Below are positions 45,766 to 58,634 of a stretch of 64,000 nt of DNA, piece after piece. The notes under the pieces are model-generated. The model saw nothing but the letters and a program-made list of their open reading frames with translations, had not been told where the DNA came from and made no database searches. Each line of letters starts with the position of its first letter. Position 1 is the stretch's first letter. Both the position numbers and the translations under genes were made by a program. The DNA is from Cycas panzhihuaensis (Eukaryota; Plantae; Cycadophyta), in assembly GCA_023213395.1 (NCBI GenBank), contig CM041465.1, positions 101,129,741-101,193,740 of the forward strand. Direction: 5' to 3'.

Positions 45766-46667
45766 TTCTTTTAGAAGCTAGACCAATTCTACCAAAATAT
45801 ATAGTTATAGTTCTATTCTTAACTTAATAATTCTTACAAATGATAGTAGAGCCAAATTTCCATGAAAGGAGCTGAATTTCTCAAATATGATCTTGGAGTC
45901 CTATGTGGATCTAGAAGTTTATATGAAACTTAACTTGCTAGAGTTGTAGGGTTATTGAAATTAATTTCTTATTTAGAAAAAGAAAATTTTGAGGTATAGA
46001 ATTTATTAAATAAATTCACTAAAGAATCTAATTATGCTAGTATTTTTATAAACCCTGAGATAATAAATTTGAAGGCCCACTTAATCCATCTATGTTGTGA
46101 TGGAGAAAATTTTTAAATTAAAAAAATAAAAATAAAACTAGTTAAGAAGAGCAAATTATTGGAGCTAAGAAATTCAAACAACACCAAGTGATGAGAGAAT
46201 ATGTTATGTTAGAGGACTAAACCTATATTAGGCTATAAAGTGTAGACTTGAATACTCATAATATAAGGGTTAAAGACCTAGGGCTAAGGTTCTCGCATAA
46301 GACCTAAATCCTAAGAATGTAATAGATAAAGGAGATGGTTAAGGATATAAGGTTGATTCCTAAAGAGTCAAATAAAGAAGGAGGAGGTTGAAGTATGGAT
46401 TGTAGATGTTATTAATATTTGATAGGTACTAGGACAAGGAGTGTTTTCAATCATACATGGTAAAAACATCATTCAAAGGCGATAGCAGATGACCATGAAG
46501 AGCATACATAGACACAATTGCATTAGGAATTTAAACATAAATTTGAATTTGAATATGGAGCAAGTAGATGGTGTTGATTAAAGAAGGAGGAGAGATCTAT
46601 GAAAAGTAAAAGGGGGGTTCACATTAATATTATTAGGACCATAGGTATTAAACACAAATTTAAATGC

Positions 46668-47429
46668 TATAGAGAAACCATAATTTAAGTTTTTTTAATT
46701 CATAAAAGTTACCATGTTAAAAAGAAATGAAATGATGGGTATGCTTTTTTTTTTTTTTCTCAAAAGGTTAACTTGATTAAAATCACTTTGTATAATGTTT
46801 TTAGGTCCATCCTCTAATCCTATAGTCTACTAGCCCTTGCTTCTATGGTTAAAAATGGTTAATCCTATTTTTGTCCCTTAAGGTATTATCTAAAATATTT
46901 TAAGATAAACCTAAATTGGTAATAAAATACTTCAAGCAAAAAGAAGGCATTAACTACCAAGAGGCATTTGCTTAAGTAGAAAGGATGATGATAGTTAGGA
47001 TTATATTGGTATTAGTTTTTAAATTTAAATGGAAGTTGTACCATTATAGAGAAACCATAATTCGTAAAACTTTTAAAATTTTTAAAATTCGTAAAACTTG
47101 CCATGTTCAAAAGAAATGAAATAATGGGTATGTTTTTTTTTTTTTTTTCAAAAGGTTGACTTGAATAAAATCACCTTGTATAATTTTTTTAGGTCCATTT
47201 TCTAATCCCATAGTCTACCAACCCTTGGTTCTATGGTGAAAAATGGTTAATCTTACTTTTGTCCCCTAAGGTATTATCTAAAATATTTTAAGGTAAACCT
47301 TAATTGGTAATGAAATACTTCAAGCAAAAAGAAGACATTAACTACCACGAGGCATTTGCTTAAGTAGTAAGGATTATGATAGTTAGGATTATATTGGTAT
47401 TAATTTGTTAATTTGAATGGAAGTTGTAC
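46668..47429 (+). repeat. Tandem duplication, period ~377 bp, including part of the A RT
   Basis: Units start TATAGAGAAACCATAATT at 46668 and 47045 and end ATGGAAGTTGTAC. Confidence 0.92.
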
Positions 47430-47937
47430 TAGTTTAATATGATAAGTGCTTTCCTCAATGTTAAATTTATAGAAGAAGTCTACATGGAGCAACCACCTAA
47501 ATACCTAAACAAGAGAAAGGAACATCTAGTGTATTACTTTAAAAAATCTTTATATTGCTTAAAGTAAGCTCTAAGAGCCTAGTATTATAAGATTGATGAA
47601 TATATTTAGAAATATAAGTTTGAAAAAACACCAATTAATCCAAACCTATACATCATAATTTGACATGGAAGGTTTGTTACCTTTGTAATCCTACATGTAG
47701 ATGGATTGATCATAATAGGTAATGATATCTCAATAGTCAAAGACATAAAGGAAGACCTTAAGAACAACTTTCAAATGATATATCTTAGACTACTCCATTA
47801 TTTTCTTACAATAGAAATTTGGCAAAGGCCTAGAAGGAAATTCATTTCACAATCCAAATATACTTGGAAGATTATGAAGAAATTCATAAGAAAGGCCTAT
47901 AAGCATATACTTACTATTAGAAAATAATACTTAATTA

Positions 47938-50705
47938 TGTTACAGGTTGGAATCACGTCTACGGGATGGTCTTCTATGCTTAGAAGGATGTAACTACTAA
48001 GGTACGGTCGGGCTATAAATGGGATCCTAACAGTAAGAGAGAACACCACGCAGGGCGTCTGTGCACCAGAGCGTAGATTTGGGACCCATGAATGGTGCCC
48101 AATTGCCTTAGGGTAATCTTCGAGAAGAAGATGTAAGGCGAGGCCTTGGGTCATCCTAAAGGAGGAGGCCTACCTACCCCTTGGATGGCCGGGAAGAGGA
48201 AGGCGGACTCTAGGAAGTTGTATCTTCTCACAGGAGGGAGAAAGCAGTGTGCAAGTAAGTGTGTGTGAGATACGATGGCCTAACTCAAATGGAAGAGAGG
48301 TGTCGGTTATGACTAGGTTGTTATCTGATAAGTAAATCAAATAAACTAAAAGAACCAAATGCAAGTCTAGGGACGGATGGTCCTACATGTGGGTTAGATG
48401 GGGCTTAAGGGGTGTACGGATCAAGCCTAAGTCCTATCTATACACGATGTGAATGACTACAGAAAAGAATTTATAAATGCAAAAAAAAATATGTTCATTC
48501 CCTTCTTATTTCTTATGTGGCTTTAACATCCAAAGTTTGCATAAAAGAAACACGGTAGAAAAAAGACAAAGAAGGGAGAAGGAATACCTAGAAGAGAAGC
48601 GTGGTTGAAACGTCACGCCCTTCTACTCCTTACGTGCTCGTCCACTCGAAGTTGCCACATGAGTGTGGGGCTAGTTGACGATGGTTGCCAGAAATGGACA
48701 AGGGACTACCTTACCTTCCCCAATATGTGAAAGCAAAGTAACAAAAAGAAGCAACGAAGGAACTGAAAGCACTACTAGCTAGGGACTCACCTGTCAAGAT
48801 GTCCACCTCCTTCATACTTTCAGCGCTACGAACCTGCCAATCACAAAACAAAGGTTTCTCCCTCCTAGAGGAGGGGGCTAACAAATATGCCTAATATGTA
48901 TATGAATACCAAAGATAGCTAATAAATCAAGCTGAAAATAATGCACTCTACTCCAAAATCACCAAGCAAAACTCAAATCTAAGCAGTGCCAAGAAATGAC
49001 TAAGATAAGAAGGTTAGCCTCGGAATGGCCAACCTACCCGTAAGTACCTCCACATAGCCTTAATAGGGAAAAACCAAGATGTGATGGTTGTTCAGGATAG
49101 TAAGCAAAAGAGGTAATGGACCAACGAATGGTGCATAGGTAGACCCAAGAGACGAAGTGCTATGGGCAACAAATCGTCAGATTGGGGCAAGCTAAGGATT
49201 AAAGAACCGAACTGGGACAGGTTTGGGGCTTATATGATGCCCAAAACCTGAGAGTGTAGGTCTGAAACCAATGTGGTAAGGGCTTCCAACACTGTTTTCA
49301 AAACTAAAAATGACCTCTCACTATCCCTAACCCAACTCCAGAGAGAGGCATGGAGTGGAAGAGGAAGGAAGGGAAGGGTAAACCCTTAGGGAGAAGGCCA
49401 ATAAGGGGACGGATCCCACCTTTCTCCCTTTACCCAACCTTATGTAGCCCTCTTGTATAGCCACCCTAGAGTGGGATTGTAGGAGAAGAGAGGAGAAATA
49501 CTACAAGACAAGGAGCAAAAGGCAAGCTCCTCTGAGATGAAAGGAGAAGAGCAAAGATTGACTCAAAACTTCTCACAAAGAAAAGGAAAAAAACCAGGAA
49601 AACCTAAAGGAATTTGAAGGAGTACCTATAAGGCAGAAGGAAGAAGCCTTATTCTACCAAAAATAAGAGGAAGACACCTATGTCAAATAGGCTTTTCAAA
49701 CTTGGGCTGAAGGGGAGGCAAACATGGATGCCACTCTTAGTTCTTGGAGTTTGCTTCTTGATATGCTGTGAATACTCTCCTTCCACAAAAAATACCTACA
49801 AAAAGAAACTTAGAGCCACTGGAGCAGGGCCTGAGACGTAGCAGATGCACCTATGGAAGAGGAGCCAGAGTAGAGGAGTAGATCCTGAGGAGGTTGCAGA
49901 GTGAGAGCTAGAGTAGAGAGTAAAAGAATGAAATGAAGAAGAGAAGCAAATGGCTTTGTTTTTGGGTTTTGTACTCACCCTAACCCTAAATGAACATTTA
50001 GGGTTATGGTGGGGGTGAGTACTCGAGGGTGCCATGTGGCAGTTCCACAAAAAGAGCAGGAATTACTGAGGTAGTGTAAAAAAATGAGTTTAAATAGTCG
50101 CACCATGGCAAACTTCACAGTACCGCTTAGTTTGCAACGGTGCGGGACTGAAAATTAAAATTAAGGTAGAACCAAGGCCTAGAACCAAACAGAGGGGTGT
50201 GCAGAGGCTGGGCAAGCTAGGAGCTCATGCCCAGGTGGCTAGCAAGTGGCTGACAGAGAGAGACGAGTCTCAGGGGGGTCCTATCACACCTAAAAGGGGA
50301 CTCAAAGTGTTGACAGGAGTGTTGATGTGAACGAATCGTGACCAACGATGATGTTTGAGGAGTTGTGGAGGTGTTGTGGGAAACTGAGTGCCATATGGGG
50401 TGCATGACTCGTTGAGGAGTGCCCCATGGTAGGTCGTCATAGGCTGAATAATATGCGGTAGGCACAAGCAATGTGATCAAGTAGAGAAGGCAATGCGATC
50501 ACATAAATGGCAAGCAAGTATGTATCAAACAACACTCTAAATAACTTCTACCCAGTGATAATGAGGATGAAAGTGAGAAGTATATACCTATGCTTACTTG
50601 AGTTGACCTATCTCAAGTCCATTCCTAGAAGCCAAGAAACACAGGTTCATAATAATATTTAATTAATGTTATATCTCCTCCTTGTTAAGTGGGTGAGGTA
50701 CATCA
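47938..50705. mobile_element. Large solo LTR C (Gypsy-type), relatively GC-rich
   Basis: TGTTAC...TACATCA termini flanked by ATTA at 47934-47937 and 50706-50709. No recognisable protein domain. Related to D. Confidence 0.78.
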
Positions 50706-52766
50706 ATTATAAATTATTAAGTAAGTTTAGTATGTTAGTTATAATTTTTCTCATATGTGAATCACCTATAAAAGTGATATACATGTTTATTTTATAAATA
50801 ATAGAAGCCTTTTTTTTTGTTGAACTATTTTTTCAAATGTATGCATAAAAAACTCTAATATTTTATTATAAAATAAGTCTGAAAAGCTACCTCATTTAGT
50901 GGAAGATAATTAATATAGCACTTCTCAAATCTGGGACTATGGTGAGAGGAGCAATTAGATTATGTAGATGAAGACCCTTAAAGAGAAGGAAACCCATAAA
51001 TAGTTAAGATAAAAGATTACCTGTGAGGGTTCCACTAACTAAAAAGGAGAAGACACCACAAGGATATTATTGAGGTAGACATGGAATGTATCTAAGTTGG
51101 AGAGGAGAAGAGGTAATCAAGGGATTCAAGATGGCATTATATACATTTGAAAATAGTATAAAGCAAAATATGTGATGTTTTAATAGTGATTGAAGGAGAA
51201 ATAATTGTAGAGAAATCCCCCAAAAGAATCATCTTTTAAATAGGAAGAAGATTAGGAGAGTTTATATTCTTAATTTAGTGATTTTGGAGTGAACATGTAG
51301 TTATGTGTTGATCCCTAAGATAAATAAATGTTGATTTATCTATGTTAAAGAGTAGATGCTAATGGAGAGGATAGTGGCAAAGAGAAAATAAAGTGAGGAC
51401 TATTCATCTACAAGTGTCAAGGTTAAATCTTAACTTAAAACTAATTTTTCCTCAAAGGTTTTAAAACCCTAGACTAATCCTCTTAATACACATGCACTAA
51501 GGGAGATAGGATGGGATTTAATCTTCAATAATTTTAAAAAATAAATGCTTAACCATTATAGTGAGCATTGTGAGGCTAGTGATGAAATTTGGTAGAGAGA
51601 AAAGGAAACAATGTATTAACACCAACTAAAGAAGAAGTTCTCAAAGAAGACAATAGTAACATAAGCATAAAGAATATGAATGAATGGGGTATTGTAGGAT
51701 GGGCTAAATATGAGTTAATGGAGGTCAAATAAGAAAATAAAAGAGCTAGAGAGGGCAATGAAGATGTTGGAGCCAATTCTAATGTTAGATATCATAATGG
51801 GAGAAACTCATAGAGACATAATTTAAAAGTAACCACTATATTAGAGAATGCTCATATGATTATGTGAAGGAAGCTCTGCAAAATCTAAGTAGATAGGGAT
51901 TTCATAATTTAGAAGAAAAATCTATCTGTCAAAGGGAAAAGTTATTAAAATATACAATAATCAAATCTCATCACTAGAGAATGGTCTGAATTCTTAGTAA
52001 AGGATATCAAAAGCCTTAATCAATGCCTTTTGATTATCCTCTAGTAAGGATCTATTTGGTTTAATATAGAAAATAAGAAAGGAGCTTAGTGTAGTATTCC
52101 AGTATTTTTATCTTAGGTAATAAGGTTAAGAAGGTAAATAAGTCTAAGGAAAATACAAAAGCATGATTAGCCCAAAAGAGTGATAGATATAGTTTAATAA
52201 AGTTAATTCCTAAAAGATTGAATCCTGTTAATAAGACTACCAATGAGGCACCGAATAAAGTAGAGTCCCCATATAAAATAATCAAGTCACGAATGTAGAG
52301 TGTTAATGTTACAAATAATATTCCAAAGAGGTTATTCTATGTAGGAGTTACAACTTTCTAAGAGCTAGGAGAGAGAGACTACATTTTTAACAATGGAGGT
52401 TAAAGTTCAAAAGTTACAATGGTCCTTGAACTCAAGGAAGAACTAGAGGAACATAGTGTTTAAGGTCATGGTTCTAGGAAAGGAACCATGGTATATCAAC
52501 ACGATGAGAAGAAACATCAATAATTTGACTCTTAATTTTGTGTATTAGATATCCTTCAAGATGGCATATATGAAGTGTTTGTTAAAATGTTTCAATGGTT
52601 TTTTGTGATTACTAGTATGTAATTTATGCCATAATTCAAAAAAAAAAAGAGATAGATATTCAAATTCAATTGATAAATCAAAACAAAAAAATTTAAGATC
52701 CCTAACATTTTTTAAAATAAATTATGAAAGCTTGAATTTTTGTTGAAGGTAGCCTATTAAAGGATA

Positions 52767-54379
52767 TGTCAAAATATGGACTAGAATTACTCTAATACCA
52801 TGTCAAAATATGCACCAAAATTATTCTAATATAATAATATTAAAAAGATAACATGTTAAAGTAAAATATGCTACAAGTAAGAGGTGAATAATGATATAAT
52901 AATAAAGAAATAAATGAAAGATGAAGTATGTATAATACAAAAGATAATAAAGATGTGAAAAAATAATCACCTTCTAATTATTGTATTAAGTATGAATGCA
53001 TACTTATAGTATGTTTCACCTCATACTTGTCTAATCAAATACAAGAACCTTTATACCCTCTAATAGGATAATTAAATGAATTGGTATGCAACCCATGCAT
53101 ACATCTCAATATCTCAATATAAAATACCTATGAGAGTTAAGAAAAGATAAGGGGGACACTAAACATTAATATATAAAGCAACACTAAATATAACATTTTA
53201 ACACCCCCCATCCAATAATGTTTAATATTATATTTGTAACATTATGTTAAAATCTATTAGATCAAATGAGGATTACCTCCATATTGTACTAGTTGTATCT
53301 ATAAGTTGTAAACTAAATCTATTAAATTCCTTATGAAGAAATGTCCATCTACTAGAATGCGTAGGTAATCATCTATTGTAACTGCTAGTTGAATAGGAAC
53401 CTCCTTCAGATACAAGGTTTGATCAAAATCAGTCAACTTTATTTTAGGAACAGAATTATTAGGTAAATAAGTAGAGTCTCAAAGTAGCTTTGTTCTCACT
53501 TGAAGTATCTAATTTATGGTTCCTCAAAGGATATGAGTAGGATACACCTTGAAGCCTATGTGCTTTCTTCAAGGTTATAGATGAATATCACTTGGAGTTT
53601 AAGCTTTCCAAGTTTACTAACAACCAAATGTGCTTTCATAAAGCATCTTCTACTAAAAGATAATAATACATCTACTAGCAAGAAAATACTAGATGTGATT
53701 TGTAAGAAATTCTCATAAGTATAAAAAGGGGTTCTTAAGAGCTTTCAAACTATTATAAATTAACAATTTTTGCTTAATTTGGAACCAAACATATTTTTTT
53801 CTTATTTCATCTTACAAAAATAATATTTGTATCAAAAGTTCTAATCCTTTTAAGGAGGGTTTACCTTAGGGTTTTTAAATAGTAAAAGTACCCTCTAATA
53901 AAATGCTAATAACTTTTAACTCGGACCTTTGATTAACCCGAAACTACTTCCATTTGAAAGTAGATAAAAAGACACATAGAATTAAAAAATAAATTAAGGT
54001 AATTTGGATATTTATAACTAAAGTTATGGCCATTCAAAGTTAAGGTATTAAATTTGCCTTTAAGATTGATGATGAAAAGTAAGCAAAAATTAAATCAACT
54101 GTAATATTTACTTTATAGCCCTAAAATCTTCAATGTGACCACTCAAAATTTATAGGATGAGTCAATTTGTCTCAAAATAAATACATACATTTCACCTTAT
54201 ACTTATCTAATCAAATGCAAAAACCCTTATGTCCTCCAATAGGACGATTACATGAATTGATATGGAACCCATGTGCACATCTTAATATCCCAATATAAAA
54301 TACCTATAAGAGTTAAGAAAATATAAGGGGAACACTAAACATTAATATATAAACTAATACTAAACATTATATTTTAACA
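52767..54379 (-). mobile_element. Small non-autonomous LTR element K (TRIM-like)
   Basis: Direct repeats at ~53012-53203 and ~54188-54379. Reverse-complement PPT CCCCCA follows 53203. TSD GGATA/AGATA. TG...CA outer ends. Confidence 0.75.
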
Positions 54380-56808
54380 AGATATCCCACAAATGATAAT
54401 TGCCAAAGTAAAAGGGGAGAAGTGGTTTAAAAGAGAATAATCTCCTTGAGATTTTTGATAAAGAAGTTTTCTTATTGAAATGCATGTGCTTTTTAATAAT
54501 AGGGTTATTTAAATGCCATCATACGGGATTAAGATTGAATCCATATCAAAACAAAATATTGAAGTTATATATACAACAAAAATAATAATGAAGATGCCCA
54601 CAAAAATCATATGACCTAAATATTTTTAAACTTGTTGAAGTTTTTGGCACATTAATAAAATGTTTAACAAAGTTCCTTTATGGGAAAGGATATTAAATAT
54701 TTTATCAAATGTTTAAAATAACATAAATACTTTGTAAGTTATATAAACATAACATGAATAGCATAGTTAATACCTATTATTTATACCTTTAGAAAGGAAC
54801 TAATATATTTCTCATTTTTTTAATGTTGGTAGTCATATACATATTGTATAAAGGGCATGTGGTCCTTAAGGTTTTAATAAATTTCATACCTATAGCCTTA
54901 TAATTTTGCCATTATCTATGTCTTAATATTATCCAAAAAGCCTTATATGTTGAACCATATGGGTAGGAGAAGTAAAATCTTACCACAAAGGTGTAAGAAG
55001 TAGGAAAAAGTCTATCACATGGGTGAATGAAGTAGGGAAAAAGTTTTAAGTAGTGGAAACATTATGCAATTTGAACATAAAGTTCAACTATAAAAACTTT
55101 TTTAATATAACAATGAAAAGAAATTTAGTCTAATGGAAAATATATGGAGGAGTCCAATTAAAGAAAAGCTCTAAAAGATAGCAAGTGAAGGATTTAGTTG
55201 TTGTGTTTACCTTTGCCAAAGAACTGAAGATTTGATAGATGTTGTATAAAGAAGTTTAATTATATTTACTCTCCTTATTAACTAGATGTTAATCATAATT
55301 TTGGTCAATTGATTACCCTATTCAATCATTTTGAATACTTTATTATAAATTTTGACTATTAACTAATCAAAGATGAACTAAAATAAAAATAGTGGTAATG
55401 TGGTAGGAGGTGATTTATTTTCTCAACTACCAATTACATGTAGCTTATGGATTTTTTATAACCCTTGTATTTATAACACAATAGAAATTATGTTTGATAT
55501 TTGAATCTAATGATAGTAGTTATAACTCTACCTAGGATGTTTTCCTTTATGATAAACCCAAGATGAAGGGTTATTTTTGTGTTATCATGTGACCTTACCA
55601 CATTTAAGTTTTTGTTCTAAAGCTATGCATGTGGTTAATTTTATAAAAACTTCTACATAGGGATGGATAAATATAGGAAATCACAGTAAATTAACTATAT
55701 GCTTCCCTAAATGTAGAAACAGTTATTATGATGTTGCACTTGAGCTATCTATAAGTATGGTTATATATTATTTGGCCAAGTAGTTTAGCTTCTTCTCAAA
55801 TTTTAATCTTTTTTCTTGACTTTTTTTTAATGTGTGTATCTTAAATTCTAACACTTACACACCATGGAGACTGGAGAAAAATCTATTAGCTAAAAATGAT
55901 GAGAACCATATAGATGGCACTTTGTATAGGCAACTAATTAGTAGTCTCATCTATCTAACTATGACTAAATTTAACATCATATTTATAATTGGGATGATAT
56001 TAAGTTTTATGATAGAACTGAAATGAATCCATTAGAAAGTTTCAAAAAGGATTTTAAGATAGTTATAGGGAGCTCTATAATATAGATTAAAATTTGACCA
56101 AAATAATAATTTTAAGTTGGAAGAATTCTTAAATTTTAATTAGGCTAGATATATTAGTAGTAAGAGATGCACTATAACATACTATTTTAATCTTAGAATT
56201 GTTGTTATTACTTAAAGTAGTACGAAGTATCCTAATGTTACACTTTTCTTAATTAAGATAGATTATAATGTTATAATTGAAGTAGTGTATAAAGCCATCT
56301 AATTGAAATATATTTTTAATAACTTAGGTCTTCATTAAGAGGATATAACAAAATTATATTGTAATAATTAGAGTATACTAAAGATTTATAAGAATCCAGT
56401 GTTCTATAGACATACCAAATATATTAAGGTGTGTTATCATTTCATTGGAGAATATATCCAAAATATAGAAATTAAGTCAATTTATAAGCATACAAATGAG
56501 CATCTAATAGATATTCTCATCAAGCCACTTTCTTGAGACAAATTTGAGAAATTAAAAGAGGGTATCAGTGTAAAGGCTAGTGATGTAAATATTAAGGGGG
56601 AGTGTTAGAATTAAAGTTTACATAGATTTATACTTAGGATATTAGTTAGATTTATAACTTAATGTTATATATCTTAAAACATTCTAAGTGTACTTTAGTG
56701 ATTCACATGGTCATGACTCAATGTATATTAAGTATCCATAATAGTTATATAGTCCTTAATAGATGAGTAACATATGTTAGGGTAGTTAGTAGACTAATGG
56801 GCAGTTAC

Positions 56809-57003
<195 letters not shown>

Positions 57004-57113
57004 TATGGATTATACATGTAGGTTAAAAGGTTCTTAATGAATCTTTTAAAAGCTAGACTAATTCTACCATAAAATATAGTTATGGTTTTATTCCTAACTT
57101 AATAATTTTCTCA

Positions 57114-58236
57114 TAGTAAAAGTTTCAAGTATATCTTTATCTATTATAGTGGAGAAAACAAGGCATACCGAGTATAAGAGTTAAAGACCATAAAGGTATT
57201 CACAACTCATAATGTCGTTTTTAAAGAAGATGATAAGTAAAAAGGCGTATTCACAACTCACAATGTCATTTGTAAAGAAGATGATAAGTAAAAAGGCCTT
57301 GTTTCTTTATAGATTATGTAAGACAAAGGAAAGCAAAATAAAGAATAGCCTAAATCTAGTTCTTTGAGGAAGATGATCATACTAAATCTAGAATTAGTTA
57401 GTGTATTAACTAACATTAATAATAACAAAGAGGAATATGAAGATGCTTAATCTAAAGAACCCTACTATAAGATCATTCCTCCAATAAAGAAGTTAATGAT
57501 GCTCAACAACTTAAGGTAAATGAAAGTCTAAAATGAGACCAAAACTGGTCAATTTTTCTTTTATGGCATAGGTATTAAATGTAGATGAACCTTCCTATTT
57601 TGAGAAGCCATGTCAAGAGTAAAAGTACAAAGTTGTTACGGATGTTAAAATCTAAGCAATGAGTTGGAATAAGACTTGAGACTTGGTTGTATTACCAGTA
57701 GAAAAAGAAAAAAGGTGATTTATTATAGATGGGTCTATAAGACCAAATTTAGGTCAAATGGATCAATTAATAAGCATAAGGCCAAGTCAATGATGAAAGG
57801 AAAAGATTTCGTAGAATCTTTTTAGGTAGTGGTTATGTGTATACAACCTATCTAATGAGTAAATATTCTAAAAAGTTAGTATGGAATGTAACCCTAAAGG
57901 AGGTCTAGCCATCAAAAAAGCCTATTATGACCCATCTAAGAATCTTTGGCTATGCTACACACATGAATCTTCTAAAAGGAAAAAAATACAGAAATTGATG
58001 AACTATATATACAAAGAACTTTCTATTAGAGTGCTTGTTGCAATTATTAGTTAGCCTTGTATTTTTATAGATGGTTGATTCTTTATATGGACATCAATAA
58101 ATTAAGATTAAGAGTTAAGATAAATATCATCTTAAGAATAAAATAAAGAAGCACATCTAGAAGCACACTTGAAGTAACTTATCCAAAGAAGAAAAATAGA
58201 GATATGATAATCAATTAATTAAATAGTATAAGGGAG
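57114..58236 (+). pseudogene. Rearranged Copia pol fragments (IN C-terminus, RT N-terminus, IN core)
   Basis: KYIFIYYSGENKAYRV, DEPSYFE, NKT*DLV.LP, RWVYKTK, KHKAK, then NVTLKEV and THLRIFG. A 50-bp tandem repeat lies at ~57192-57296. Confidence 0.75.
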
Positions 58237-58634
58237 TGTTGAAAAATAATATTTGATCCATGGTCAATCCATAATTATTATAATTATTTAATTAGTTATC
58301 CCTTAAAATGTTGACCAAACGATGCACACTTATAAAGATTTTTACTATATGAACATTATTAAAATATATGCTAGAACTCACATCTTTATATATTCTTATA
58401 GGGTATATTAAAGGTTCTCCAATCTCATTAGTTCTCTATGAGGTAAATTATCTCTATAAATATATACCTATTCTAATACAATAGATGAATATTGATCATT
58501 CTACTAATTTCTTTTATATTTTATGTCGATTCATATTTCATCTTTCTTTTATCATGCTATCATAATTTCTTATATGTTATTTTTAGCATGATATCAAAGG
58601 AGTTCATTCAATTATTTTTAATATGGTATCAAAG
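58237..58634 (+). mobile_element. Copia-type LTR preceded by a PPT and followed by two tandem PBS copies
   Basis: ATAAGGGAG|TGTTG at the start. ...TTTTTAGCA TGATATCAAAG at 58589 and ...TTTTTAATA TGGTATCAAAG at 58624. Confidence 0.65.

Larger units (their letters stand above)
47915..55853. mobile_element. Degenerate LTR-type insertion B in the RT of A
   Basis: TSD CTTAC at 47910-47914 and 55854-55858. Termini TATTAG (decayed TGTTAG)...CTAACA. The RT motif (KKF....K.|TP.E) rejoins across it. 50810-50860 resembles 55808-55853. Confidence 0.7.
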
